A stretch of 63,975 nt of DNA, filler included, from Lenisia limosa (taxonomy: Eukaryota; Protista; Breviatea): the NCBI GenBank assembly GCA_001655205.1. It is 13 parts of 13 records of this genome, joined end to end, with 100 filler letters (N's around TTAATTAATTAA, not from the genome) between each part and the next. Parts side by side here need not be neighbours in the genome. Positions count along the whole stretch, not along the records: positions 1 to 12,935 come from LPNZ01007761.1; positions 13,036 to 19,491 come from LPNZ01009522.1; 11 more parts are not named here. One strand, given 5' to 3'. A program made the translations under genes and the position numbers. Below are positions 1 through 13,293 of the stretch, piece after piece. Below the pieces are notes generated by a model. The model made no database searches. It saw only the letters and a list, made by a program, of their open reading frames with translations, and had not been told where the DNA came from. The first letter of the stretch is position 1. Each line of letters begins with the position of its first letter.

Positions 1-37
1 ACCAGACAGTTATGATGAGTAGTGCTTGACCTTTTAG

Positions 38-397
38 CACAATCTACGCATGGTAAAGATCCCGGAGCACTTTATAACTGACATTCGCGCGCGATTTGAG
101 GAACTTAAAGCAATGCCCGAAGACAACATTTTACCTGAGGAACTCATTTCATGGTGGGTGCCTCACCAAAATAACCAAAATAATTGCTGAAAATGAGCTT
201 TATTATTTATTGTCATAAAGGCCTCAGTTTCAATGATTTTGCCATTATTATTTTTTAAACTACTTTTCCGCTTTTTTTTATTTAACTGACATTGTAGGCT
301 TATCAGCCTGTTATCGGAACTGGCCGACTATGTGAGGTCAATGCCCCGTGAACTAATGGACAAGATCTACCCTTTTATTGATGGATTGAAGAAATAG
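38..397 (+). CDS. 3' end of a spliced gene of unknown function (partial)
   Basis: Exons 38-153 and 298-397 join in phase across a GT-AG intron: HNLRMVKIPEHFITDIRARFEELKAMPEDNILPEELISW-LISLLSELADYVRSMPRELMDKIYPFIDGLKK*. Confidence 0.55.
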
Positions 398-1126
398 TGT
401 ACATATGGAGGGTTGGTGTTGAATGATTTGAAGGCCTGGTTTTGGTCCAAAGCCTCAAAAATACTTTGGTAGTATTCTTTGTTCTGATCGCTGAAATGAA
501 CGTACGTACTGTACACTAATATATTACAAACAACCGAATGACAAAGGCCTTGAACGAATGCCACTGTCACTTTGAACGAATGTGGAATAAAATGAACATT
601 TGCTCTACACAATCAGCATGGAAGAGGGCGCCACTGATAGCAAATATCGGAATTAATTGAAGATATTAGGATTATGGGTCAAAAGAACAAGAAAAACAAC
701 CTTTCCCAAGACAGGGAGGCTTTTAAGAATAACTAATACGTATGATTTGCTGTAAGTTTTAACTTTGAACAAGCCTCCATAACTCCATACCCCTGCCTCA
801 TCATCAAAGTACCCCCGTTATAACTCATCACTTCCCAACATACCATATAATCATAATTCATCATCAGATTCTTCAACGTTTGCCTCTTTATGAACTGCAT
901 CATATGGTTCAATCCCTTCAATGCACCGCTGAAACAACTGTGAGAAATATATATACTGTAGTAATTACAGGAATGATTATGACGAACAATACAATTCCCT
1001 TGAATATTATCAGAATGGAATAAATATTCATAGCCAAGAGTTAGAAATGTGTAGTAGCAAAAGCCAGGGAAAGCCATAACGAAGGTCGAGCCCAAGTGGC
1101 CACTTCAGTTTCGAAATGTTATTTAA

Positions 1127-1172
1127 AAAGAAGAAGAAGAAGAAGAAGAAGAAGAAGAAGAAGAAGAAGAAG
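1127..1172. repeat. (GAA)n microsatellite
   Basis: About 15 tandem GAA units, seen directly. Confidence 0.95.
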
Positions 1173-1317
1173 CGAAATTCCCTTCAACTAGATTTTCAAT
1201 CTGAAATTTTTTAGTGCTGATGCAAAAAAGATTGTTTTGGAAGCAAAAGGACAAGACAACTGGAAAATCAATCGATTCAATACTTTCTATGATATAACAT
1301 TTTACAATGTTCCTCAC

Positions 1318-2399
1318 CTGTACAATGTCCGAAGGTTCTGCCCTATATAGCTCTCTAAATACCAATCGTTTCGTCGTCGGGCTGTGGGAGTTATTTAACT
1401 TTTAAAAATAAATAGAGAATTATTCAATGTGAGTTCTATTGGGGATTAGTTCTGATTATAAAGCACTAGTAGTATCCTTCTGACTGTTGCATTACTAACC
1501 CCATGTAAGGCCAATTACTGTAGCAATAGGTTTGATGTTGTATGAGATGAAATATACAAATACCCTCAGCCGACCATCGGTACTCCACACTTTCAGCCTG
1601 GATGGCATCATGTGACTTTGAGTATTCGCCTAAGTAATAAAAAGAACGTAGTGTAGAAGTTCAATGTACTATATAACAAAGTCAGTATCCCCTGTTAACA
1701 GGGCAGCTTTGTTAGGTTTAATGAAATAACACTAATTGCAGTATTTGGCAACAGCGCAACAAGAAACAAAACCGCGAACTTCTCAGGACCTCGTCAAAGA
1801 TCAAAGTGGTCCCAACTGCATCCTCCCAGGTGCCTTGAAAGTACTGCTGGTCGCAATGCAAAATCGGCTCAGCTGAGTCCATGCGCTGCAGGATGATAGG
1901 TTTGCAATATTATGAATCATTTTCTGCCATACGCTGTTGGTGAGATAAGTAATGAGCATGTATGAAAGTTTAGCAATTTGCTTTTGATCATTATTTAATG
2001 TGAGAAATGAAAAAAGTTTGCTGAGGAATGACAGCACCAATAAACAACACCACCCCCTTTCACTATCATACAGAAATAATCCTCCCACATAAAACTGGTA
2101 TGGTTTGTTGGCAATGTCAGGGACGGTCCCCTCGAAGACCACCACCACGTTCCGTTGAGCCATGCCACTGCGATGAAAGAGATATCTATCTTTACCGAAT
2201 CTTAACTTTATTCCTTTATTTTTGTTGTTTAAGGCAATGGCAACGTGAGGGCAAGGCAGTTTTGGTTCTGGTTCTGGTTCTCAATTTCTTGGTTTCGGGG
2301 GTTCCCCGAGCCGGGCCCTTCCCAAATTGGACTGGTGGACCGGAGAATTTCGGGGGGCGGGGGCGCTCACCTTAAATGGGGCGCGCGGCATTTAGACAT
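1318..2399 (-). CDS. GTF3C6: TFIIIC subunit 6 (tau55/Sfc7/GTF3C6-like) triple-barrel domain protein; 3' end unresolved
   Basis: Exons 2399-2371, 2167-2089 and 1885-1790 give MSKCRAPHLSGMAQRNVVVVFEGTVPDIANKPYQFYRMDSAEPILHCDQQYFQGTWEDAVGTTLIFDE. This matches the family pattern (LD.E.P.L......F.G.WED..GT.L.F). A later exon reads PTTKRLVF, but its phase does not join cleanly. Confidence 0.6.
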
Positions 2400-2660
2400 C
2401 ATTTCTGTGTTAGATGCCACACAAGCCCATCGGCCCTGACAAGAGACACGACAAGTACTGTAGTATTGTATTGTCACTCTGAGCTTGGAGGTATATCCGC
2501 AACATGGTTGGTTCCTTCAAAAGCTTGTCAAAAGCAAAACGAGAAACAATATCCATTTAATCCATGTACACACCAAGAACAGCCAGAAACGAATTCAAAA
2601 CACAAGGTAGGTCGAGGGAGGGTTTGACCTAGTGACTACGACCGTGTCGGCCTCGAACCA

Positions 2661-5501
2661 TCACAGGTGGCGTGAGGGTCTTGCAGTCCTCACGGGGATG
2701 AGGGGGGTCTGAGGGCCACTCAAGTACCATGTCATTCTCGTCAAATGTTCGCGAAACAGATATCGTCTAAATGGTGTTTTAGGACTTAAATATTGTTGAG
2801 ATATGTATGATAAATAGTACGAAATTTGATGAGAAATAAGAGTTAATACAATCAAGGGAATGCCAAAGAAGTTATTGAAGTGGACTGTTTTGATTCGGTG
2901 TAATACCAAAAATACTTATTTCATTAAGAGTTTTATATCACAAAACACTTACCATATTGGCGAAGTTAAGCTCATCGTACTAAAAAGTAAAAAGAATGAA
3001 CTGGTTTTGTGTGGGCCCTACTCCATGTTCAAAAACAACTGGACCTCATATTTAGCTTAGCCCAGAATAGCCTCTGTCACGTGCCCCCCCCCCCCCNNNN
3101 NNNNNNNNNNNNNNNNNNNNNNNNNNNNNNNNNNNNNNNNNNNNNNNNNNNNNNNNNNNNNNNNNNNNNNNNNNNNNNNNNNNNNNNNNNNNNNNGTGTA
3201 GGAACCGGCCCGGGAGAAGTTCCCATCGGATGAGCCAATGCACACAGACATCCCAACCTTGGGGGTGAGGGCGTTCCAACCACCCATCATCATCAGGTTC
3301 GACATTAATAAAACTAATTACAATATAATTGTATCATATAGTCCCTTATCTATCTTTTTGCATTTAAAATACATACGGGAAGTTATATTCATGTCATCCC
3401 CGTTACCATCATCACACTCAAAGAAGAGGTTGATGTTGCCTTTGATACCCTCGTACATTTCCCTAATGTGGTAAATTCATATTGTTTCATTACTATAATA
3501 ATATAAGTCATTTCAACATCAACAGGTGCTACACCCCTTTCCAAACCTTCTATAGAAAAATCCTGTGTTGTAAAGGCCCCATCTGGCTTCAACAATATTG
3601 GGCTTTTGGTTTCTAAGGAGTGAGATGGTCAAAAAGAGAACTGTCGGCTGACTGGGGTTTAAAAATTCAATTANNNNNNNNNNNNNNNNNNNNNNNNNNN
3701 NNNNNNNNNNNNNNNNNNNNNNNNNNNNNNNNNNNNNNNNNNNNNNNNNNNNNNNNNNNNNNNNNNNNNNNNNNNNNNNNNNNNNNNNNNNNNNNNNNNN
3801 NNNATTTCAGGAGGAAACGCATTGATTGTGTTCTCTAACGCCGAGCGAACCTGAAAGATGAAAGTCTCTATTCTTGACTACGTCTATTCTACGCTTAAGG
3901 GTAACGGTTTTACACGCAATCAATTGCTCTATACCTCCAAGCNNNNNNNNNNNNNNNNNNNNNNNNNNNNNNNNNNNNCGTCATATTCGGGGTATATAAC
4001 TTCGTACACCTCTGTCAGCAGCCACCTAATACGTGAGTATTGGTAATATGTGTATCATCATAGTACATAATATGATCAAGGATATCTCAGTATGTTATTT
4101 ACCTATCATAAGCGGCAAAAATGGTTGTCAACGGGATTTGAGAAACAGTAATTTTGAATTCATATGCAACGCCACATACCACCAATGCTCCTTGAGCCCG
4201 AGGCCACGATAGAACCGGTTTGGATGTATCACCTGCCGATACTATAGGGATTAAGGGTTAACGGACAGAAAACGTAATGATAGCTATTGATAGTATTATA
4301 TTTGATTTTACCATTTTTGCTATGGCTTTGCAACGCTCTCCCTCCCACCGGCATGAAGTCAATGGATTTGGCCACGTCATCCATTTCCGGGGACATTCCA
4401 TCATGTGATATGACCAGTTCCGTCTTGTTGATTCCAACCACATTACGAAGGCCATTTATCACGCTCTGAGGAATGGTTATATGGGGTAAAAATGGGGATT
4501 GGGGTTGAGTTGGAAAGCCCAATAATCTTTACAATAAGCATCAACAGTAAACGTCTTTTAGGAGTGGTTATCTCGATTCTATTCACTCATGATGCATTGC
4601 AATCTCACCTTGAAATAGAGCGGTCTATTATAAATATAGACCACGATAGGACCTATGCTGTAGTCCCGTTCGAACTTTTCCCTGTTGATAAAGGTACTTC
4701 TTTCGTTGGCAAAGTTCGAAAGGCCCTTGTGGAGTTATTTGGTGAGGAAATGTCATATAGCCAAAATGAAAAAAAGCGCATAATAAAAGTGACGAAAGTT
4801 GAGGGGGGAGGGGGTAACTTATGAATCGGTAAAAGTACATAAAATATCTCACTCATCAAGAGCAAGCTGCTTATAATCATACCATAGGTATTCAAGAAGA
4901 ATGCCTGCAATTACCCCCAACACACTTCTACCTCAGCGGTGTACTGTGACGTTAGGTCCTGAATAATAAAAATCATCTTATTGAGAGTAAGAGAAAAATA
5001 AACATACTTTTTTTTGCGAAAGAATTCATCGCTGCTACCAAGAGATGTATAATACCATCAACAACAACCCCCCCTCCCTCTCCCACCGAGACGCTCTTTT
5101 CACATTGCTTCTCAGGCCCCCTTTCAAACTAAAGGGTCAGCATTTCCCAATGCATAAGATCTATACTATAAATGCAAATACGTACGGCTTGTGTATTTCT
5201 GAACATATTGTTTGAAGTAGGACTTTATTTTTGACTTCAAAGACATTGGAACATGAAACAGTGAATATGGAACCACAATAAAAAGAGGGATATGGTTCAC
5301 ATGGAGATAGAAAATGATGAAATATAATACAAAACAGCAAACTAGAAAGCCATCGTCTGCAAAAGACTCCTAAAAAGGTCAAAGAAGATGGTAAACCTGG
5401 GACTATTCTGCCTCTGAGCTTACATGGAAGAACTCATGAAGAATATAAGGAATTACCAAAAGATGGAAACCGATCAGGACAACGAAGGAATACTTCAACA
5501 T
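2661..5501 (-). CDS. MGAT2: Alpha-1,6-mannosyl-glycoprotein beta-1,2-N-acetylglucosaminyltransferase (GnT-II), multi-exon; exact stop uncertain
   Basis: Type II anchor MLKYSFVVLIGFHLLVIPYILHEFFH. Further exons: PIVVYIYNRPLYFK / SVINGLRNVVGINKTELVISHDGMSPEMDDVAKSIDFMPV / LKEHWWY / YNTGFFYRREMYEGIKGNINLFFECDDGWDV. These parallel the MGAT2 motifs VHNRPEYL, VIFSHD, KHHWWW, HNMG and FC.YDDYNWD. Confidence 0.85.
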
Positions 5502-5840
5502 CGTGATGGAGGGGCGCTCGGCCCGTATAGGATAATCTTATGATTTGTTACCCTTTCTCTAATTTTAAAATGGTTAATAATATAATAATATGAACAGAAA
5601 TGAGTTAGAAGAAACCTGCCTGAATGAGAGCACTGACAGAAGCCAAAGCAAGTAGTTGATCATGGATCTCAAAAATATTAGTAAAAACAGCCCCGATAAC
5701 CAGATAATTCGACATAATAATGTAAAATTGTATTATATATGATAAAATTAGACTAAATCAATAAGACATGCGATGGTAACTTAGTTTGCTTTGCAGTTTG
5801 CATTGAAAACTTGGAGTAGAATGACTGAGTGAATTAATCA

Positions 5841-8800
5841 ATGAGCGTACACGTCCTATCATATCTGATAGGACTCATACTATGGATCTTGTGGCCACTA
5901 TGTGCTGTTCAAGGTAAGGTATTTCTTTCGCTTCGGTCCTATCGCTCAGTAGCTTCTTGTGTTATCTGATACTTAGCTAAAATATCTTCTTAGAAGGAGA
6001 AACCACACTATATTCGGATCTGAGTATCCTTTTTTTGTTTTGAAGTTTATCTAGCAGGCTTCGGTTCTAGCAGCGAAACTGGCTCCATCCGTGTTGCTGT
6101 TGTGGAATCCGGTGTCGAGTCGGGAGGACCTTCTTTACAGGACATCAACTCCCTGGTTTTTGCCACCGATTTCATCGATATACCCACTGATTCACCTACT
6201 GGTCTTCCAAGTAATTGGAATAGAGAGATTACAGGACTGGAGCAGTTCGGTATGTCTTAATAGCTTTCTTGTTTTTTCTTTCTTACCTCTTCCTCAGCCG
6301 TTCTCCGTCCAAAATCAGATCTTGAAGGACAATTTGCAATAAGAGGATGCGCATCTGTTGCTCTTCGATTAAGTAAGTCATTGCCACCCATTGCAGTTCA
6401 CAAGGGAATGGATGGGGGGGTTCATAGTTTATTTCTCTTCTACAGCAATAATGTCTAATTGGAACATTATGAGGGGGTTTACAAGATATTAATGGCAATA
6501 AACCTGGGGTTATCGCCAGCATTTTGTGGTATGCATGACATTGTCATCCTATTGTATGAAGGCGGCCATTTTGTTTGATATGAGCATGCACATCGATATA
6601 GTAACTGTGGTTCCCATGTGTGGTACCCCTATTATTTTTTGAATATTGCTTCTGATACTTGTGGACTGCGCAATATGGCTCCCTTCTTTCAACTAACCGA
6701 GTGTGTTTATCGGATCATTTCTCAATGCTCCCCAGCGCCCTTGAAAATCCCTGTTGAATAACATTGTTTCAATATTTAAGCACCATACTTTTATATTGGA
6801 ACTGATTGTCCTCATAAATCCTGTGGGTAAATACCCAAGCAATATTATGTGTTAGATATCCTTATCTGATTTCGATAATTTCCTCAGACGGAACCCTGAT
6901 CTTCGATGAGGAGACGTGTTCGACCTTCCGGCATTCTAGTACCTATGTATGTAGTAAGGGTATTTCGCATTTGTCATAGTATGGGATGCAAAGAAATTTT
7001 GACCAGTTACATGGAACATATCAATACTTAGGGCACTTCTCCATGGAGAAGATGAGAAGCTGTAATACCTTTGTGTTGTCCAAAGAGTTATGTACATAAT
7101 TTGTTTTATTTTGTAAAAACAAAATACCCTAGTATTAAAGAGCCACATAGACTCTACAGTTATTGAATTTTTGGTGTTAAGCTGGCTTCCTTGATACTTC
7201 TCTCTTCAACATGTGACCTTTCGCCTTTTTGCAACAGAGTTGATTTGGGCTTTTTTTGGTTCATATACATGTATATTCCAATTTAAGGCTGGCTCGGGCT
7301 CGGACTCGGGCTTGTTTTTTTTGTCATCTGGCTTTTGTATAGTTTTAGCGTTGGTTGCACGTGTTTGTTATTGCTTGTTTTTTGTTTTTTATTTGTTTGG
7401 AGTTTCAGATTGTCCGGTTCGTAATTAGTACCTTAAGCCAATATTCTTCATNNNNNNNNNNNNNNNNNNNNNNNNNNNNNNNNNNNNNNNNNNNNNNNNN
7501 NNNNNNNNNNNNNNNNNNNNNNNNNNNNNNNNNCATTCTCCTCCACCGCAAATCCCTACCCTTCTTACACATCCGATTCCAGCCAACTGGTTCGGAGAAC
7601 CTCCTTCCGCTTTCGAAAGTGTTCAGCTTCGAGCAGCCCAGTATGAAGGAGGAGGGGGGTTTTTGGAAGCTTTTTTGCAGAGAAGGCTCGTTTTTGGACC
7701 TGAAGTGATTTCGCTTTGTGTTTCAATACTATTCGATCATATTAATCATATTCCCGTCTTACCTGATACCAACGGATGTAGTCTTTTTATCCCAGTCTCA
7801 TATATCATCTTACCTCAGGTTGGGACCCATGGAAGTCTGTGGTGCGCACTGCAGCGGTATCCCAGGCCGGACGGATCCTCCGGTTCGTGGGGGGAGGCTT
7901 TTCTTATATTGAAACCTTTAAAATCATAATCTGTACCTTGAATGGAATATTCGTCACCCCCGTTAGACATGTTGTGGAACTACGTACCGAACACAATGAA
8001 CGTTTCGCAGTTGAAAATGTCACCTTGGGTGCCGATTACCCTTTACGAATGTAAGGGGAAGAGGGATAATGGTGGGACTGTGTTATTGTTAGGGTTCCAC
8101 TTCGGTTCGAAAAAGACCGTCAAACTATCGATAGTTTTCGAGGATTTATCGAGATATTCAGTCTTTTTTCGAACCAAAGTGAAGCCCTAATTATTTTATC
8201 AGATATTTGTCATTGAATGACCTGACATAGTCTTTAATTCAACCATATGATAGTTTGAAACTCATAAACGGCTCCAAATTACAGCTAGGTTCTGGCCTAC
8301 CTTCAATGTTGCCAAGATTGCCATTTCAACTCGTTTATATCTACAGAGGGAGCCCCATGACCCGCGTGACGTCATCCTCCGGCCTGCTGACCTTCGACAC
8401 CATCCCGCTCGTGGCTGGCCCTGCTGAGATCTTTTACACCATTCTTGACAGTAGTGGACCTAAAGCCGTTCTAAACCACACCGTGAGGGGTGTTACCTCT
8501 CCCGCTCTCTCTCTTTCTCTTTCTCTTTCTCTCTCTCTCCCTCTCATAACTCATAACATCCACTCAGTATAACATCACTTTTCTAATAACTGACTAGGTG
8601 ACCATCCTTCCCAATGTCCCCGTGTCATCAGCCATGTCCCTACCCGCCCTTGCCATTGCCGACACCGAGGTGGAAATGGACTTCGTTTGTCGCGATACCT
8701 ACGGCAATATTGTCACTGACCCGTCCGATGCTGGACTTTCCATTGCCGCTTTCTCCGATCTCCAGAACAACGCTGTTTATTCGGCCCGTGACCTGAATTG

Positions 8801-11800
8801 GACTCTTCTCAGTAAAGCCAGGAGACTCGGTTTGCTGGGGGTTAGGTTTCATTACCTTGCATTTTTCTTTCTCAAATACTATTATCCTTCCTCTTAACAC
8901 CATACATGTGTCTGAAATATGTATGAACCTTATTGCAGTATGTTGTTGCATTTCAAACTATAATTTGTAATTAATACCCAAATTTCCTTGGTTTATCCCC
9001 CCCCCCCCCAGAATTAGACATGATGGACGNNNNNNNNNNNNNNNNNNNNNNNNNNNNNNNNNNNNNNNNNNNNNNNNNNNNNNNNNNNNNNNNNNNNNNN
9101 NNNNNNNNNNNNNNNNNNNNNNNNNNNNNNNNNNNNNNNNNNNNNNNNNNNNNNNNNNNNNNNNNNNNNNNNNNNNNNNNNNNNNNNNNNNNNNNNNNNN
9201 NNNNNNNNNNNNTCTCCCATTTCAGCTTGAATATGGCCCATGTCGCTTTACTCACATTTTAGCGTGACGGTTCAACCAGCATGCGGAGTGAATGGTGGGC
9301 AATTCCTAGCTTCACCAGTCGGACCTTGTCTCGTGTGCCCCCCAGGTTTGTGGATTATGCAGTCACTTCAGTTCTCATAAGTATCTATTTGGAATAAAGG
9401 TGATTCTATACATTGTGTGATCTTGACTTTTCAAGGGGCCGTAAACCCCATCGGAGTATTAACTGCGTGCACCCCATGTCCCAACGCCTATATGCCAGAT
9501 GCCCATTCCGCCAGTTGCCAGTTGTGCCCCCCAGGTTTGTCCTACTTCTTTGATGAATATATTAAAACAAATCATCCTCTTTTGGCTTGTTTGATCGATA
9601 GATGTATCCTTTATAACAAGTATTGAAAAATAGTTTTGTGTACAAAGACGGCTTTTTGCTGGTATATCCAGGCCGCATTTGATTTGACTCATCCGGTACA
9701 GGTACGGCGTCTTTTGGAGAGGCGGGTGTGTGCACACGCTGTCCGCATGGTACATATTCCCCAGTCGCCGGTAGTATCACGTGCGCCAAATGCAAAGTGG
9801 GGATAGGGTCGTGCAGGAAGAATGTTTAGCTTATATAACATACAAACTATTCTGTTTTTGCTTCCAAAACCACCAATCACCACCATGCAGTTGGAACATG
9901 GTACGACTCTGAAGACTGCTGCAACATCTAGCTCCCTCTGCGTCTGTGCAGCCACTTACTACAAATCGAGAGAAACTGACGAATGTGTCAAGTGGGCGGG
10001 CAGGAGGGGATGGACGAATGTCAGTAAACCATCACCATAATATATCGGTGTGAAGAGTTTTATTTTTTGACCCTTTTGTGTTTTTTCAAATGTTTAGCCA
10101 GCATCCTAGGTTTTGTTTTGTTTCATAAACCTATTTCCCAATTTTAGAGTTGATTTTAGCATTTTTTTTTGTTTCATAAATTGTCCAATTTCACCCCCTC
10201 CCCCCAGGTGTCCAGAAGGGGCCTATTGCAAGGCTGGTTCCGAGACTCCTGCGTGCCCGCGTGGCCAATACGGCGTGCCAGGTTCCTGTCACCTCTGTCC
10301 CCTGGGTGGACTCTGTGACGGCACCCTGGAACCCCTGGCTGTCCCCGGGTGGAACCGAATGGTTTGTTTGGCCTGGCTCCTTGTTTTGTGATTACTTCAC
10401 GATACCCTCTAATTTCCCAGGGAACTTCATTCGAATTTGAGAAGTCGCATACATCAGTTGCCCACTCAACAGCAGGATTCTTGGGAACTGTGGGGAATGG
10501 GGTACACTCTCAAGATTTGGATGGTTGCATATCTATTAGGCTCCGTGCAATTACTTTTTCAAAGAAGTTAGTTCTTCAAATTTGGAATTATTGTTTTCAA
10601 CACATTGCACTGAGCCCTAATAGTATGTATCTTATAGTTTCAGTTCATTCTTAAAACTAAATACATCCCTCAGTTCAATATGTAATGGAATTCATGGTGT
10701 AGAATACGTCATCTCCTTTCGTGTCTGCTGGGGTGCCTGTGACCCTCGTTATCAATAGCAGCACAAGCGATGGTTTGCTATGTTTTTTTTTTCGTGATTT
10801 TGTTTTTGACTAATATTTATCATTTAATTGTCCTCCATTTAACCACCCCCAGGATCCAGGAGTGTTCTCACTTGTGACAAATGGACTGTTACGGTTTTGC
10901 CCTCCGACTCATGCCCTCCCGAGGCCTGTAAAACACTGTACGCCTTCTTATTTCACAATAATTTTCCTAATGCCAACTTTATACAGTTTCAAAACTTCAA
11001 TTCCTGCCCCTTTGTTTTGGAAGTTAATAACCCCTCTCATCTTGCCTAGGTTCGAAGCAAGCAACAGCGGTCCCGGCGTGTATGTGGCCCACGTGTCTCT
11101 AAATATTGCCTGTCAGGTAAGGTGTTGGAGAGATCGCCGATATAGTATGATATATGGTATATTGCCAAGGGAAGGCGGCTTCCCTCTGTAATATGAGGAA
11201 CACAAAAGGGATTTGTAACTTCTATTTGACAAGACACTGCAGTTAATGTGGAAAGTTGCTTCCACGTCTTACACTGTAGTATGACGTCATCGTGTCTGCT
11301 ATGTCCACGACACCCGAGACTGCTTCCGAATGGGGTCGGTGGTTTGATATATTGCAGTCATTTGACCTTTCTTTTCAGAAGATAGATTGAGATTAAACTT
11401 GTAATATGAGAATTATGATTTTTCACCTTCCCCAGATCTTCGCAACACTCTGTCTACTCCGCTTGCTCTGACCATCCTACCCGGACCGCCGATCCAAGCG
11501 GCTCTATCCGGGCCCGACTACCTGGTGGCTCGGATCGAGTCTGTCATAACTGTCACGTTAAGTGACGCATTTGGCAACTCCATCGACCTGGCTCAGGATG
11601 ACGTCACCGCCGGACTGATTCTAGAACCTTCTCTCGGACTCTCTACTGTCACCCATATGGTGGGGGAGGGCTTTATCTTATCGATATTCCTCGTCTATCG
11701 TACCAGGCAAACTGCCAACATCATCACTAGTGTTTTTTCCACTTTGTGTTCTTCTTCTCACTCTCTAGTCAGGAAACCTCTTCACGATCCGAGCGCTGTC

Positions 11801-12934
11801 TGAAGAAGGAGGAAGCGTGACTTTAACAGCGATTTTGGCTGGACGTGCATTGCCATTACAGGTAGGACTTGTGAGACTAAAAGACCGATTAAATTTACCG
11901 TTCTGATTCTTAATGCCCGGCAAAATATTGATGTTTATTTAGGGTCTACTATGGACCTTTTTTGACCAGTATAATATAATACTATACTAGGTATATGAAA
12001 ACTCATCTGATTATGATATACAGTTTTGAATGAGAAACTCATCTGATTATGATATACAGTTTTGAATGAGAAACTCATCTGATTATGATTTACAGTTTTG
12101 AATGAGAAACTCATCTGATTATGATATACAGTTTTGAATGAGAAACTCATCTGATTATGATCTAGTGTGGTTTTTTTTTGACCTAAATTGTTGTATTATA
12201 CATATTATCGTATCATGTGTCATTATGTATTATCAATATATTATGTATAATGAAGAAGAAGAAGAAGAAGAAGAAGAAGAAGAAGAAGATCCTTTTGTTA
12301 CCCCCCCCCCCAGAATTCGGACTTCGATGTGGGAGCAGTGTGCAGACCTGGCTATCAGGCGGTGTCGTTCACTGGACCCTGCATTGTAAGGGGAGGGGTA
12401 ATGTCTTGTATTGTGTTGCCTCCATATATTCTCAGCTTACCTTACAGGCGTGTCCCAAAGGAACTTATGACGGACGTCGCAAGGACATAAACGGCTCAAT
12501 AGTCCTTATGACTTTGCCTTGTCCTGTGTGCCTCCCTGACCAAGTACGCCAAGGCTTCTCCTCGGCCTTGAAGCAAAATCGATACTATTCTCGATAAATC
12601 CTTGAGTAATATAAAAAACATGCTTTCGGTACCATTTTCCAGTTTAGTATTCAGTGCTGATTTCTTACTTTTGTTTGTCGAACCCCCTTCCCACCTTTGA
12701 CCATTAGTGCACCTCCTGCGGACCCAATAGGGTTTCAACTGTCGGAAGCGTGTCGGAAGCCAGCTGCACGTGTTCCGAGGGGTTCTTCGGCCCTGATGGC
12801 CTTGGTATGTTGCAAAGAATATAGTATATTTGATTTGCTGGGGTTAATATATGCTATTATTGTTCATACACTCACCCATTCTTTTATCCATGTGCCGTGT
12901 CCTCTTCTTTTCTTTTTTTATTACCCCCTCCCCC
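5841..12934 (+). CDS. Large secreted/surface protein: signal peptide, filamin/invasin-like Ig domains and GCC2/GCC3 (ephrin-receptor-like) Cys-rich repeats; 3' partial
   Basis: Signal peptide MSVHVLSYLIGLILWILWPLCAVQG. Ig-like exons contain RDTYGN (~8690) and SDAFGN (~11560). Cys-rich exons: CTRCPHGTYSPVAGSITCAKC, CPEGAYCKAGSETPACPRGQYG, CPKGTYDG, CTCSEGFFGPDG. GT-AG junctions are consistent. Confidence 0.75.
8090..8189. mobile_element. MITE family A (hAT-type), full copy, intronic
   Basis: Ends TAGGGTTCCACTTCGGTTCGAAAA ... TTTTCGAACCAAAGTGAAGCCCTA. Flanks GTTATTGT / ATTATTTT match at 6 of 8. Confidence 0.85.
10537..10619. mobile_element. MITE family B, degenerate copy, intronic
   Basis: TAGGCTCCGTGCAATT ... 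ATTGCACTGAGCCCTA. Confidence 0.7.
11998..12160. repeat. 36-bp minisatellite, 4.5 copies, intronic
   Basis: Unit AAACTCATCTGATTATGATATACAGTTTTGAATGAG, head-to-tail with one substitution and no spacers. Confidence 0.95.
12251..12288. repeat. (GAA)n microsatellite
   Basis: About 12 GAA units just upstream of a C-run acceptor site. Confidence 0.9.
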
Positions 12935-13293
12935 CNNNNNNNNNNNNNNNNNNNNNNNNNNNNNNNNNNNNNNNNNNNNTTAATTAATTAANNNNNNNNN
13001 NNNNNNNNNNNNNNNNNNNNNNNNNNNNNNNNNNNTCTAATATCTCTTGTAATGGTGTGGACGGCTCGCCAGATACAGGTAATTTATCCTTCTTATCTTC
13101 AAAAATTATCATTGCTGACCCCAGCATTGTTTACCAGACTCGTTTCATTCAGTGTATACTACATAGCTGACACTGAATTGCACACTTCATTGCTGTTGTT
13201 CTGGAAACAGTGCGTCTTAATTTGTTTCCCTAGATTGAGAATCTTATTCTAGTTCTCAAACATAATCATCAAATAATTTCTGACCCATCACAG

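Noticed and set aside
367-612. Antisense coding overlap with the 3' end of the first gene
   Set aside because: The peptide looks protein-like but cannot be linked to an upstream exon with confidence.
733-1365. Minus-strand ORFs 733-1095 and 1123-1365 as standalone genes
   Set aside because: No recognisable motif. The poly-Ser is the (TTC)n microsatellite, and only a short part is a likely exon of the GTF3C6-like gene.
5930-6040. Possible snRNA/snoRNA in the first intron of the surface-protein gene
   Set aside because: Only a short CTCAG/CTGAG stem and a T run are present. No U1, U2, U4, U5 or U6 signature and no C box.
11998-12160. 36-bp repeat as a CRISPR array
   Set aside because: The units are contiguous with no spacers, no cas genes are present, and it lies in a eukaryotic intron.
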